Assembly: GCF_032062105.1 (NCBI RefSeq)
Contig: NW_026939963.1
Location: 1 to 64,000 of the forward strand
DNA: 64,000 nucleotides
Source: Saccostrea cucullata
Taxonomy: Eukaryota
Direction of reading: 5' to 3'
This document shows positions 26,212-38,848 of the stretch, piece by piece. The notes beneath the pieces were generated by a model. That model was given only the letters and a program-made list of their open reading frames with translations. It was not told the origin of the DNA and searched no databases. Each line of letters opens with the position of its first letter. Within the stretch, counting starts at the first letter, position 1. Made by a program: the position numbers and the translations under genes.

Positions 26212-29200
26212 TCACAAATTGATTTTTGACCTCGCATAAAAACCCATGCTGGAAATCTGTAAGCGGAAAATTGAGGAATAGTCTGTATGATTTTAATGTT
26301 AATGCAGCTTTGGTTAAGCAAAAAGTACGTATCTACTATTGCTACTTTAATTAATTACTTTCTGCTCAATATTTTTCGTGCATTCATCGTTAGTTAATCA
26401 AAAAGTAAACTTGCTCAAGATTGTTAATTTACTTTATTAACAAATCAAACTTAAACTAACTCTAAGTTTTACTTTTCTTCCAGAATTGCTTTACAAAAAT
26501 TTAAATTGATTTAGAAATTAAATCAGAAAAAAGAAAACTATTCATGTCTTTATCGCAAATCTCGCTTGAAAGTATAAACTTCGACCGAAATACCATTGCC
26601 TTGAGTGATGACACTGTTGGATTTGACAGTTGAACAATTTGAATCACGAGTTTCATTTTATAAAATAAGCGTTTAATTGGTTGTTTTAGACCCGCCCACT
26701 CTCGTGCGGTATTCTTTGCTGTATAAGTATGATAAGTTGGAAAGCGTCCAACGACCTAGGGAATAGCCATGTTTGATTGTCGAAATGCGTTTTTGACTTT
26801 TTGAACCAAAAGAGAAAAAAAAACAAAGAAAGAAAATATATAATCATTTTTAGCATGTAATATACATGTATTCCTTACGCAGACGGTACATGAATATCGT
26901 TCGATGGTGCACACTATTTTTATCCTACATGGCTGCCGATTTCCTATTTACGACATTTTCCATTTTCGGTGTTTTGTGCAACTTTTCAGTGCATTAAAAA
27001 TCTTTTTTTCTCTCCATGTTTTATTTATTCACACGTGAGCTACGATTTCATTGAGTTGGCAAACACAGGCAAATTGAAACCGCGGATATTACTGGAAATC
27101 ATGTGATTACCCAGCTGAAAGCGGAACACTTGTTATTCAGTGAAAAAAAAATCATAGGTGGTAAAACGCGTAAAACATTGGATTTATTCAAAAGTTTACT
27201 GTTTTATTGACACTGTCAAAATACCATATGTTTCAAATGTATATGTACTACTGCATACCTATTTCAACAGTCGTCATGGCAATAAACATGCGACCAGAAA
27301 AATCTAAATCCTTGAGTTTTTTTTTCATGCAGTGCACTTTTTACTGTAACGACGAATATTATATCCACCTGATACGAACATGACATGTAATGCTGCCAGT
27401 TTTGGAACATATCTTATATGAAGATCATTAAACAGATTACGCACACTCACAATGAATAATTTAATAAGATATTGCATAGGTCTACTACATCCTTAATTAG
27501 TTCAATAAGTACCAATAAGTTTTTACCTGTTTTCTACAGCTTTTCTATCTTTCTTGGAAACATTCCATATTTTTGGCTTTACATTTGAGAAGGTGGGCGG
27601 GCCTATAAAAAAAAACACCAATCAGATTCTTTGTTGGATTTCGCAATTGAACGTCAGTAAGATTCATATTAATTTCATTATGTGTGAAAGTTTTGCATTA
27701 CGTCACGATCTTTTTCGTCAGATGCATCCAGCATAAACAATTCATGTGATTAGTCAACTTAAATTATCAACATTGACACGGAAATAGTCTGTTGCACGAG
27801 CAACCAATCAGGGATAAGAAGAAAGTTCCAGTCGTAAAACTTGCGGTTAGGAGGCATGTACAATTTACCTTGAGCGCAGCTGTCAAATAGATCGTGACGT
27901 AAGGTAAAACTTCACACTTAACTGCAAACTATAATCAATTGTATTTCAGTCAGATTCATCAGTGTCGTAACTCAACGCATCACAATATCGGCCAAAGTGT
28001 ATACGTTCAAGTGAGATTTGCGATAACACTTCTATATTATGTTGCTCACTTTACAACCCTATTGGCCAGCCAACTTAGGAGAAACCTTTGTGTAGGATAG
28101 AACTTGTTTTGGTTGACTAAATCAAATTTGTAAACTCACACTTCTCTTTCTAAGGATTAAATTTTTCAAAAATCACTTTTTAGTAGATGTTTAATACATG
28201 TACTTTTAACATCCAAGTAAACTTAGTTAATTCCGATATACCCTATCCAAATTGTATTTCCAAAGTTCATAAAAAAATAAAAATCCTTTCTAAAAAAGGA
28301 AACACATGGCCAGATCCATCAATATGGCTTTACAAAAATCTGATCTTTTCTCCTTAGAAAATTTTATAACATTTGATATGCTATAAAATTTAATATGTTA
28401 TAAAATTTGATTTCTTATAAAATTTAATATGTAAAGAAAAATTTAAGTATTGGTGCATGTTTTATTCATATTTTAGGAAAATACTTTAAAATAGCAATGA
28501 TAAGAAGTATTGCAATAGCAAGAAAACCTTTCAAAATAGTTCTCAAACTAAAGCTTCAATACGACTTCCAAAGAACTTTGTAAGTAACAAGTTTTATCTG
28601 AATCCAATGCCTCACGTGTTAACGTTTTGATCTTACTTTGATACAGTGCAAAACATTTAAAGCAATACATGTATATGGCATATTTTTGAAAATTTCAGTA
28701 AACCAGAATTAAAAATATATTCCTATTTTTTAATTACTTTATAGGACTTTTCTGTAGATTTCACAATTTAAACAATCGTGTTTCAAACCTTATCAACAAT
28801 TAACACAATATTTAACACAAAAATAAAACAATAACCGATTAATTTACGGACTCCAAAAAAAAAAAAAAAAAAAAAAAAAAAAGGACAAAAGTAAAAAATT
28901 ATAATAACTACTGAAACGTGAGGTTATTATCATAGAATTATTCAAGTTTAAAATCTAAAATTTTATTTTGAACTCATATAATTATATCTACATCCAATTT
29001 AGTATTGTAATTTTTTACCTGCGATGCGCCATTGTAGGCTAAGGTTCGTACAGTAAATTGAAAAAAAATATTAATTTGATAGAATTAATTTTCAATAGAT
29101 ATTTTTTTTCTATTTTCAGACGAGTATACATTTAGGATTTTACGCAGTTTATCTAGGAGAATGGTTGTCAGTATTTCCACGTGATCAGATGTTAATTCTA

Positions 29201-29613
29201 CGTACAGAAGACTACTCATCTAACGCGTCCTCTGTTGTCAGAAAAGTATTCAAATTTCTGGAATTACGTAAGTATTCAAAAAGTTTGTTAAACTCAAATT
29301 TCAACATCAGGAACATTTTTATCAGTAACTTTGTCATCATCTTTCTATCTGTGGCCTACATATTTTGGAATAAACCCTTTATTGTGAATAACAATATTTT
29401 CACAATTCTTAAAAGTAATTTACAAGTTTTTTATATCAAGTTTTTTTATTTGTTTTTTAAGGCGATTTGACAGAAGATGAATTAGAAAAATGAGTATTAT
29501 GATATCAGAAAGAGTATATTAGAAAATCATTATCGTTCTGATATACATGAATTATACAAGTTATTGAATGATGAAAGATTTCTATGGCAATCACAAATCA
29601 ATGTTATTGCTTA
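26212..29613 (+). pseudogene. CHST15-like sulfotransferase pseudogene (unit 2): fused exon 26212-26324, exon 29120-29267, frameshifted/deleted last exon from 29462
   Basis: Near-identity to exons 2170-, 3777-, 11446- and 11788-; both catalytic motifs deleted. Confidence 0.8.
26553..28023. mobile_element. Non-autonomous TIR DNA element (~1.47 kb)
   Basis: ~37 bp TIR TCGCAAATCTCGCTTGAAAGTATAAACTTCGACCGA; empty paralogous site CATGTCTTTAACACTTC at ~58678-58694 implies a TA TSD (or none). Confidence 0.8.
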
Positions 29614-30126
29614 AAATTATGAAAATGTGACATAATTTTACAATCCATATAATGAAAATATAATATGAAGCTTAATCTCTTTGTGAAGTTTAATGGTCTT
29701 ATTGAAATGGATATCATCATGAAAATAGATTTTTACAAATATTTCACAAATGGTTTAGTTAAATGTCTTCTAAAAATCACAATATTTGCTACATTGCGAA
29801 GAGTACTTATTAGCAAAGCTTTCCAACTTTACAGACAAGTATCAGTAAAACATACAAGAATTCAGGAATTTTTTAGACTTTTACAAAATTAATAAAGATA
29901 TACAATAATTTATTCTTAAGCCTCTCTTTTCTTACTAGTAACTCAGAATAATATCCTTTTTACTACCCTTGGAGTTTCTAAGTTCCATACAAAATCATAG
30001 AAAATGTTTCAATTTCCTTTATCTTTTCCCTAGAAGGGTTTGGAAAACTAATTTGTAGATGTGTTTAAGTCTTCGTACTCATTACCAAATGGATTTTGAG
30101 CTGTGATCTACATGTACCTACCATTT

Positions 30127-32115
30127 CTATGATACTGAGTATACACAGCATTTCATATCATAGCTTAAAACCAAAAGCTTCTCTCCTGCTGGATGAAGTA
30201 CAACGTTATAAGGTTTAGTCATGTCTGCCGCATCAATGTTTCTGCTCTCACTTTTATCGTGTTTAAACTGTTTAAGTTTGGTTGACCAATTACACACCAA
30301 AATATTATCTTGCAAGTCAAAGGAAACTCCTCGAAAATCTGTATTCTTAGTACTTTTAAAAATTTCTTTGTTATTCTGTTCCACAGCCACTACTGTATAA
30401 TCTTTTATAAAACAATGTGAATCTGAAATCAATGACGAAGACACAAAGGGTACATCTCCACTAGGTTCATATGATGAACTATGGATGACACAAAAGTCCA
30501 AAGAACATATCATTCTTTTGGAACTATTGGCAGCAAACGCTGTTCTTGGCCCTCGAGAAATTGCCAGCATGGGTTCTTTCAGTTGAATGGTTCTCAGCTT
30601 TGTGAATGTTATAGTTTCTGCAACATCAATTCGATAATGATTGATAAAGTTTTCGAACGAAACATAAATTTCATTCAAGCTTAAACCGGAGTGGCAGAGA
30701 TCATGCGGTCTATCTTGACACCTGTCAGTGTGAATACATTCTCCTGTGGCCTTACTGATGTCATAGATCTTCAATGAAGGTGGGTTGGTCAGAGATAATA
30801 TGATCTTTGTATCGTGTATAAACAAACCATAATAAACTCTTTCTGAGAAACCGGTAATCTGTGATATTTTCTTAAAGATGACATTCATCCAGTCCTTTTG
30901 AGACATGGTTAGTCTTCTTTTCAAAATATCATCTTTGTCAGGAGCATCTACTAAAATTCTCTCCAATGCTGTAGATTGTAGTCTAGACAATACTACGTCT
31001 TCAAACTCTTTTGCATTGGACATTTGGCTGAAAAAGTCCGAGTTGTTTTGCTTGTAATCTTCAGAGAAAGTCCAGATATCTAAGGACTTTAAACGAGTGA
31101 TGTGGTCAGTTATCTGGTTTTGTAATTTATAATTTGTAACAAACAATTGTTTAGAAGACCCACTCTTCAACACTGATTGTAACATGATTCTTGCTTCATG
31201 TACTGTAGTGGAAAACCGTCTCAACTCCTCAGAAGCAGTTTCGATATTTCCAACGGAGTCTGCATGATTCTGTTCAAAGCGTTTAAGCCACATGGCATGT
31301 GCATTGTCCAATAATGATTTGATTTCTTGAACTTTTTCTTCAGTGACCATAGAGATTTCTTGCTTCCTGGTATGAAGTTTAGATACTTTATTCAGGTTTT
31401 CTGATAGAATATCGTTAACGGTTTTCTCCAAACCGATATATCTTAAAGCAGTCTTTTGAATGCTATCTCGGTCAATCTCATGAGCTATATCTTCAAGTGT
31501 GCCTACATTCTTGCACAATTTATGCTGTTTGACAAGGCAAACACTACAGCATAGCTTTTGATGGTTGTGGCAAAACACATCAAGTATTTTCCCTACATGT
31601 AACAGACATGACTCTTCTATCTCAATTTCACTGTTCACCTCCTTGATGCTGGAAAGATTTACAATTTTATGATTTTGCAGGCTTGGTATAGCTCTGTGCA
31701 ATGATTTGCAATCTTCGCAAATGGCTTCCATACAAGATTTGCACCAGTGGTTTGCAAGTACAGTTTTCTCCAGTCGTTTGCAAAACATGCAGTTTTTATT
31801 TTCATCTAGCTCGGGATCTACAGATATAGATAAAAGAAGTTTATTCTGTGGTAGTTCTGATGCCCAATCTTCACTTGAAATGTCAATCCGCGGAGCCTCG
31901 ATACATCTACGACACACTGGACACTCGATCGATTTTAATGTTTCATTATCCTTATGTGTCACCGTACTTGAAATGTATGTCTGAATACACGCCTCACAAA
32001 ATGTGTGATAACATGGTAGATATCTCGGATTTCTCACCTTCTCTAGACATACTGGACAATGACATTCATCACTCTCAGGGTTATTGACAGGGGTTTTGTC
32101 TTTTGACTCAGCCAT
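30127..32115 (-). CDS. Intronless TRIM-like E3 ubiquitin ligase, 662 aa (RING C3HC4, B-box1, B-box2, coiled coil, beta-propeller/NHL-like C-terminus) (copy 3)
   Basis: CPVC..CYHTFCEAC..CPVC; CMFC..WCKSCMEAICEDCKSLH..H; CLLH..FCHNHQKLCCSVC..H; beta-rich C-terminal repeats. Confidence 0.93.
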   Translation of the reverse strand: MAESKDKTPVNNPESDECHCPVCLEKVRNPRYLPCYHTFCEACIQTYISSTVTHKDNETLKSIECPVCRRCIEAPRIDISSEDWASELPQNKLLLSISVDPELDENKNCMFCKRLEKTVLANHWCKSCMEAICEDCKSLHRAIPSLQNHKIVNLSSIKEVNSEIEIEESCLLHVGKILDVFCHNHQKLCCSVCLVKQHKLCKNVGTLEDIAHEIDRDSIQKTALRYIGLEKTVNDILSENLNKVSKLHTRKQEISMVTEEKVQEIKSLLDNAHAMWLKRFEQNHADSVGNIETASEELRRFSTTVHEARIMLQSVLKSGSSKQLFVTNYKLQNQITDHITRLKSLDIWTFSEDYKQNNSDFFSQMSNAKEFEDVVLSRLQSTALERILVDAPDKDDILKRRLTMSQKDWMNVIFKKISQITGFSERVYYGLFIHDTKIILSLTNPPSLKIYDISKATGECIHTDRCQDRPHDLCHSGLSLNEIYVSFENFINHYRIDVAETITFTKLRTIQLKEPMLAISRGPRTAFAANSSKRMICSLDFCVIHSSSYEPSGDVPFVSSSLISDSHCFIKDYTVVAVEQNNKEIFKSTKNTDFRGVSFDLQDNILVCNWSTKLKQFKHDKSESRNIDAADMTKPYNVVLHPAGEKLLVLSYDMKCCVYSVS

Positions 32116-32153
32116 TTAACACACTGAATTCCTGAAGTCCCAGTGGCAGTGTA

Positions 32154-32164
32154 ACTTTCGGTTT
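32154..32164 (-). promoter_or_regulatory. IRF/ISRE-like motif upstream of TRIM copy 3
   Basis: GGGAATTTAAACCGAAAGT on minus strand; motif 39 bp upstream of ATG. Confidence 0.45.
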
Positions 32165-32329
32165 AAATTCCCTTTACTATGGCTCACCAATAGCATGAAA
32201 ACTTTTTATCCTCCTATCATACACTACAGGGGCTTGTCTCTGGATTGTGTAAAATAAATTATAACAAGCAAATTCAAAGAATTGGGATCTCCTACTTTCA
32301 ATGTCTTAGTGAATGTGTTGCCATTATTT

Positions 32330-32740
32330 CCCCCCGCTGAAAGTGGGTGATGTTAATTGTGGTCTGTCCGTCCGTCCGTCCGTCTAGCTGTTACAGTAGT
32401 TCTATCTTTCTGTAACAATTTTGTCCCTAAGCATTTGAGCTTCTGCAATGAAATTTTACACAAGAACTCCCTCATGTCCCTATTGCCAGAGGAAGAACCC
32501 TACTGAAATTGAGGTCAAAGGCCAAGGTCATCAATTTAGAATTCCGTGTTTTTAAAAAAAACTGTAAGAACACCCTATTGCCCGAAGAAGAATCCTATTG
32601 AAATTGAGGTCAAAAGGTCAAAGGCGAAGGTCATAAATTTAAAAATTTGGTCTGTTTTAACACTTTCGTTTCCGCGCAATATCTCAAGAAGCATTTGAGC
32701 TTTTGCAATGACATTTTGTACCACAACTTACAGTTGTCAT
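32330..32740 (+). repeat. HINE-like satellite fragment
   Basis: CCCCGCTGAAAGTGGG hairpin, (GTCC)n, GAGGTCAAAAGGTCAAAGG repeats. Confidence 0.6.
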
Positions 32741-33453
32741 GTTGTAAATTACTGCCGGTGTAAAGACGAATAATGACCCCCATCGAATAATGACCGGGGG
32801 GTCATTTTTCAACGACAAAAAATGACCCCCACCCGTAGAAAAAATTCATTTTTTGTAGAAAAAGGGTCCTAGGGGGTCATTATTTTATATGTTAGTCCTA
32901 TAAAATAATGACCCCCATTGAAAAATGACCCCCTTTAAAGTGATACAAAATATACACTCTTTGATATCTTTTTTACAGCGAAACTAATTTTTACATTTTC
33001 TGTAACCAGAAAAATACAAAAAGTCGTATGAAATGATTAAGAGTTTACGTAGTCTTTCAATGCTAAAATTGTGTTTGAAAAGAGATTCTTTAATTGTCAA
33101 GTAAATATTTCTTTTTAATATTCCTCCTTATAGAGTTTGCTTAAAGAATGATATTCCACTTGTTTTTAGAAATCAAACCATGCAAAAATCAGGTTTAAAT
33201 ACTCTTTAATGGGAAAAATTAAATTTTCCGTAATTTCAACTTTTAGTTTGTTTAAGTTTGGCAAATCCTATTTGACAATGAAAGAGGAGGAAATTTTTAT
33301 CCCCCCCCCAAAAAAAAACATTACGCTAAATCAAAACAAAAAAAATAATAAATGAAAAGCAAAAATATAAATAAAACTCTATACCTTTTAATAATTCTGA
33401 AAGAGGCTCTAGATAAAATATTGAAATGAAGTTAAGCCTTCACACAAGTACTA

Positions 33454-35453
33454 TCATATCACAGTTGTATGGTGTTTATAGTTAGAATATGTTAAACTCT
33501 GATTTTCAAGATTTGAAGACCTCTGTATAAAAAGCTCTGTACAGTCAAGTATAACTCTAACAGAAGAATACTTAGCTTTGAAAGATAATGGCATAGTTCT
33601 ATCAATAATATCTCGAGTAGGAAATGGATTGAGAGACTTAAGTTCACAGGAGAGTAAAGAAATCCAGGTGGAAAAGTATTTCGAAAAAGTACTCTCTGAA
33701 ATACAAAATCTGTAAGCTAAGTCTGATGTGAAGAGGCCGAGTCTTAATCTGATGAGAACAGCAAATAACTGGTCGATCAATCCCAATGAGCCTATTGATA
33801 CTCTCTGTCTGACTGAATCCTGGTCTGTGTTGGAACCAACCCAATACCTCATTCTCTCTGCCTTAGGTCTCAGGAAACTATCATTAAAAAATTATTATCG
33901 TCAGAGTTACAGTATTAAAATAGAATTCATTGTGATGCAGATGTGAGATTTGGAGAAGAGGAAAACAAATACCGTAAATCTGGAAATTTTTACGTCGATT
34001 TTATTTTGCGAATTTAGGTCACAAAGGTATTTATTAATTTTTAACGTTTCAAAATTTTGCGAATTACCACTGCTTTGTTTACATTTTCTTACTGGTAATT
34101 TATTTATAAAAAAAATATTTTTGCGAATGCAATGAATGCACAAATTTGCTAAAAATTTATCTACAGCAAAAATTTCCAGATTTACGGTATTGTTTTCTTT
34201 TTTCCCAAAATGCTTTTGAAATTCCATCCTACATACTTAAAAAGCCAGGTGAACACTGCAAAGGAAGGTAGCCCAGTGTAATACTCGGTCTTTCCATCAT
34301 CATTGGCAATCTTCTCTGCACTCCATTTGTGTCGGTCACGTTCTCTCTTGAGATCCTCCAACTCTTTCCTCAGGGCAAGGTTCTCCTCCAGTAGAGGGTC
34401 AGGGTCACATTGTACACCTATAAATTTTGTTTTGAAAAAAAAAAAAAAAAAAATTGAGAGTGGTGTTACTTTTTTTCCTGCTGAAGACAGGTAAATATTG
34501 CATATATATATGTTTCACATTACAGATATTCCTTGCCTTATACATGTATATATACCTTTATCATTAAAGGTTTTTATGTCAATGTCATCTAATTTTAATG
34601 TCTCATCTGGTACGAAGGTGCTGTTGTTGTTCATATCCTGCGAGTCTGACTCTGGGGGTTGCAAACAGCAATAGCTGTGGGTGTATAAGCTAAATTCATG
34701 GTGCTGCTGCATTAAACGTCTGTCCCTAGCTTCTGCTTCATTAATTTCCTACAATTTGAAGTTTCAAGGTAATAAAATGGTGCAAATTATTTCAAACTTT
34801 AATACATGCTGTCAATCATTTTTTAAAATTCAAACATTGACAGTGTCATACAAAAAAAACCTCCAGAATTAATTGTCATATGTTTTAAATGTGAGGAATT
34901 GTATTTATGAGTATTAATATTGAATTTTACTTAATCTATATATAGCTAGGGCTTCATTTTATGGGTCAGGTTAAACATGTGAATAGGTTAATATTTTTTC
35001 TATTAAATTTTATAGCAATAGGTAAAGAGACCTAGCTAAAAAACGAAGGCATATAATCATGATTATAATAATGCATTTTTCTTATGAAGATGACTATAAC
35101 TATACATAGTGTGTTTATTTATATGCTTGTATATAAGCTACCTGCTGCAAATTTCTTCTGCATTTTCTCTCTTCCCTAGCGACGTCAGAGTTAGTTTGCG
35201 GTTTTTCTTTGTAGGTGAAAATTGTAGGTCTATAGTTCTCATCCTCCACCTCGTCGCTGTGCCACCCCCCTACAAAATGTTCAGAGCAGATCCGACTGTA
35301 TTCGTTCGGTGCCCAGTCATCTCTGTTAATCGCACGAATCCAAGCCTTTCTCTTCTTACTGCCTTTTGGAAATCTGAAAAAACTTATGCCCTTGCCCTTT
35401 GCTTTCTCGCCTTGGCGATTAGAACACTGGTAAACAACGCAGTGAAAGACCAT
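33454..35453 (-). pseudogene. Second THAP-HTH-DDE (Harbinger/ISL2EU-type) transposase, 3'-truncated; exons 35453-35142, 34748-34556, 34417-34237, 33877-~33460
   Basis: THAP CVVYQC..FFRFP..W..ICSEHF; YYTGL; LIRLRLGL..DLAYRFCISES; LDCTELFIQR..YSNYKHHTT, then truncated before the DKGF/ER motifs. Confidence 0.85.
33972..34187. mobile_element. Tc1/mariner-type MITE in transposase intron
   Basis: TIR CCGTAAATCTGGAAATTTT / AAAATTTCCAGATTTACGG; TA TSD. Confidence 0.8.
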
Positions 35454-35764
35454 TACGTTGTTATTGTAAACAACCTTGGAATGCGGATGTTTTGTTGCCG
35501 TCCGGAAGCGTTTATACGCATGCGCCAAAAACAGGACCGCAGTTAACGTGAAAAGGTTTATATTGTCAAGTTTATTTATTTTATTTTGTTGCGTATGAAC
35601 AAATTAAAATTTATTTCCTGTTTCGTTTTGTTTCCTGTGTTCGATGTATTTTTTTGCAAATTTCTAAATGCAGATTTTACATGCTGCGACTTAACTTAAA
35701 GCACCTGAGAATTAAACATATTGAATAGATATTGAAAAGATAACCAAAGCTAATAAGTTTAAAT

Positions 35765-36892
35765 ATTTGTTGTCCCCCGCTTGAAAAGTGGGGGATATTA
35801 ATTTGGGTTTGTCCGTCCGTCCGTCCGTCTTTCTGTCTGTCTGTAACGCTTTCGTTTCCACACGATATCTCGAGAACCCTTTGAGCTTTTGCAATGAAAT
35901 TTAGCATAGCAACTCCCTATGGACTAAAGAAGACCCCTATTGATTTTGAGGTCAAAAGGTCAAAGGTCAAGGTCATAAATAAGCAAATTCTGTCTGTTAA
36001 AACACTTTCGTTTCCACACGATATCTCGAGAACCATTTGAGCTATTGCAATGAAATTTTATATAACAACTCCCTGTGGCCTAATGAAGACCCCTATTGAT
36101 TTTGAGGTCAAAAGGTCAAAGTTCAAGGTCGTAAATTTATACATTCTGTCTGTATGTAAAACTATCATTTCCGGGCGATATTTCAAGAAGATTTTGAGCT
36201 AATGGAATGTAATTTTATACCAAAACTCCCTAGGACGTCTCTCGCCCCTCTCAAAGTGCCCCGCCCCGTTTGTTTTATTAGTATTTATAGTATTACATGT
36301 CGCTATTTTTAGTGCAGGGCCATGAGGAGAGTTATTGCGTATAAAACAGGTTCTCGGCGGACATTATGTTCTTATTACATCTATTAGAACTGTTTAATAA
36401 AGGCTAAATAAATCAAACACCATGGATTGTGTAAAATTTTGAGAATACCGAACATGAAAACATGAATATATACATGTATGTGACTTCAATTCTGCATATA
36501 TTTCAAGCGCGTAAAGCGATTCCGTGGTCTAGTGGTTAAGTCTCTCGCTTCAATTGTGAGAGGTCCCGGGATCGAATCTCGGACGGTCCTTTTTTTTTTT
36601 TTTTTTTTTTTTAAAATACTTTTTTTTTTACTAAATGATGGTATTCAGCATGTGAAATGAAAAATTTATGAGGTTATAAAATCATCATTACAGTGTGATA
36701 AACATTATATATAAAAAAAATCTTCTATACACTAATAAAGAATAAGCAATCAAATCTTTATATGCATATTGACATACATGTATTTTATTTGCTTCAGTAT
36801 ACATGTATACATTTAATAATTCTACAAATTCAGTGAGGGGGAGCCGACTTTTTCCCTAAGCGGGGGACACGAATTCTCTGAATTAGCTTGTT
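35765..36892 (+). mobile_element. Helitron/Helentron-derived HINE with (GTCY)n and ~140 bp tandem repeats
   Basis: 5' TGTCCCCCGCTTGAAAAGTGGGGGA hairpin; microsatellite; repeats containing GACCCCTATTGATTTTGAGGTCAAAAGGTCAAAG; 3' GCGGGGGACAC inverted copy plus hairpin and T-rich end. Confidence 0.75.
36518..36589 (+). pseudogene. tRNA-derived sequence (A/B boxes, poor acceptor stem) inside the HINE
   Basis: A box TGGTCTAGTGG, stem-loop CTCGC-TTCAATT-GTGAG, B-box-like GGATCGAATCT, followed by a T run. Confidence 0.55.
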
Positions 36893-37409
36893 TTTGCTTT
36901 AATTGTATTCCGAAATTTTAATTTTAATCAATATTTTTTTTTTTATTTGTTCTGTATTGAGTTTATTTATTACATACCGGTATAACTTTAAACAAATATT
37001 TCATAGATTATTTTTAACAGGACGCATGAATTCAATGTATTACAATGAAAGGGGTAATCATGATCAGTTTGATATGACCATTTTTCTTCCAGAATTTTAA
37101 TGGAAAAAAATGACGCAATTTTATTGAAATTTCTAATGAGAAAAAACAAATGTATGGCAAATGAATGTGATAATCGATTTTTGAAAAAAAAATGTTTTTT
37201 TTTTCAATTTATTTTGTTAAAATGCTATTGATCTTCCTATTTCCGTCGTGTAATATATATACTAATTATATTCCTTACACTAGTGTGTTGATTTGAACAG
37301 GAGTACAGATTATATAGATTTTTGCTAGGGCAGTAAAAATTGCGTCTCCCTCTGATGATGACTATACAAAATCAAGTTTACGTGAACAAAAAATACAAAA
37401 TGTTGTCAT

Positions 37410-38848
37410 ATTTATGTTCCCCAAACGAAGTTGGGGACCATATTGTTTTTACTCTGTTTCTTATTATTATTATTTTTCTTCTCGGGAAAATTTTGTCCGC
37501 GAATGATCTTGTAAAGTACACATCCGATTAAGGGGAAACCTTTTTAGGGTAAGTAGGCATGTTATGTAGATTTGCGGAACGAAGGTCATTTTGCGCGCAC
37601 GTGCTTGCAAGAGCGCGCACGTGCAACACGTGAAATGACCAATATACTTGAAATTGCCGTAACTTTTACATTTTTCGATGTAATGCTTTGATTTTTATCA
37701 TATATAGACATATTATAAATGTAGGTAAGATGACATTGTCAACATGCCATTTTGTGTGCACGTGCTTGCAAGAGCGCGCACGAGCAACACGTGAAATGAC
37801 CGATTTAATTGATATAGGCGTATATTTTTACCTTTTTGATGAAATGCTTTGAAACTCATAATATAAGGATATAGTAGTAGCATAGACAATATGACATGGT
37901 CAAAATAGCAAGATCTCACGCGCATGCACGTGTGCTTCGCTCTGATTGGCTGAAACTAAAGTCTCAAAATCTTTCTTGTTTTTTGATGAAATCATTTGAA
38001 ATTTTGAACATAGCCATGCATTAGGATATCCTACAATATGAAATATAACAATTTTCATGAAAACACGTGCATGCACGTGCGCTGCAACCTGATTGGCTGA
38101 AACTTTAAATAGCCACAACTCCCTTGGTTTTCAACCAAACAGGATGGGATTTGGAACATTGATAGATATAATAGACTTTTACAAGAAGGTATGGTGACCA
38201 TGCACATCCATGCACGTGCGTGTACGTGCGCTGCAATCTGATTGGCTGAAACTTTAAATAGCTATAACTCCCTTAGTTTTCAACCAAACAAGATGGGATT
38301 TGGAACATAGATAGATATTATGGACTTCTACAAGAAGGTATGATCACCAAGCACATCAATACACGTGCGTGTACGTACGCTGCAATCTGATTGGCTGAAA
38401 CTTTAATCAGCTATAACTCCCTTGGTTTTCAACCAAACGGAGTGGGATTTAGAACATAGATAGATGTAATGGACTTCTACAAGAAGGTATGTCACCATGC
38501 TCATGTATGCACGGGCGTGCACGTGAAATTAGTAAAATAAAAAAAAACACTTGAATGAGCGTATTTTTTAATACTTTTGGATTAAATACTTTAATATTTA
38601 GTAAATTTAATTATATAGATTGTGTAAACAAGATGATATGGTCATTACGCACATGCATTAACATGCGCACGCGTGCAATGCTAAAATTTGAATGAACTTG
38701 GTACCCATCTGGGTAAACGTTCTTAAAGTCTCAAATGCATAAAGATTGTCTTATTTAATGAAGCTTATAGGGAATATGGCACCAAAAGGGAGATGGGGAG
38801 GGTTTGGGGAACATCTGTAACGGTCCCCGTTACAATTAGCACTAGTTT
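37410..38848 (+). mobile_element. Second HINE-type element with ~124 bp tandem repeats
   Basis: TGTTCCCCAAAC at 5' vs GTTTGGGGAACA near 3'; terminal hairpin TGTAACGG-TCC-CCGTTACA then CTAGTTT; repeats CTGATTGGCTGAAACTTTAA at ~38089, 38238, 38387. Confidence 0.7.

Noticed and set aside
36518-36589. Functional tRNA-Leu(CAA)
   Set aside because: Acceptor stem pairs poorly, T-loop is GATCGAA, and there is no long variable arm
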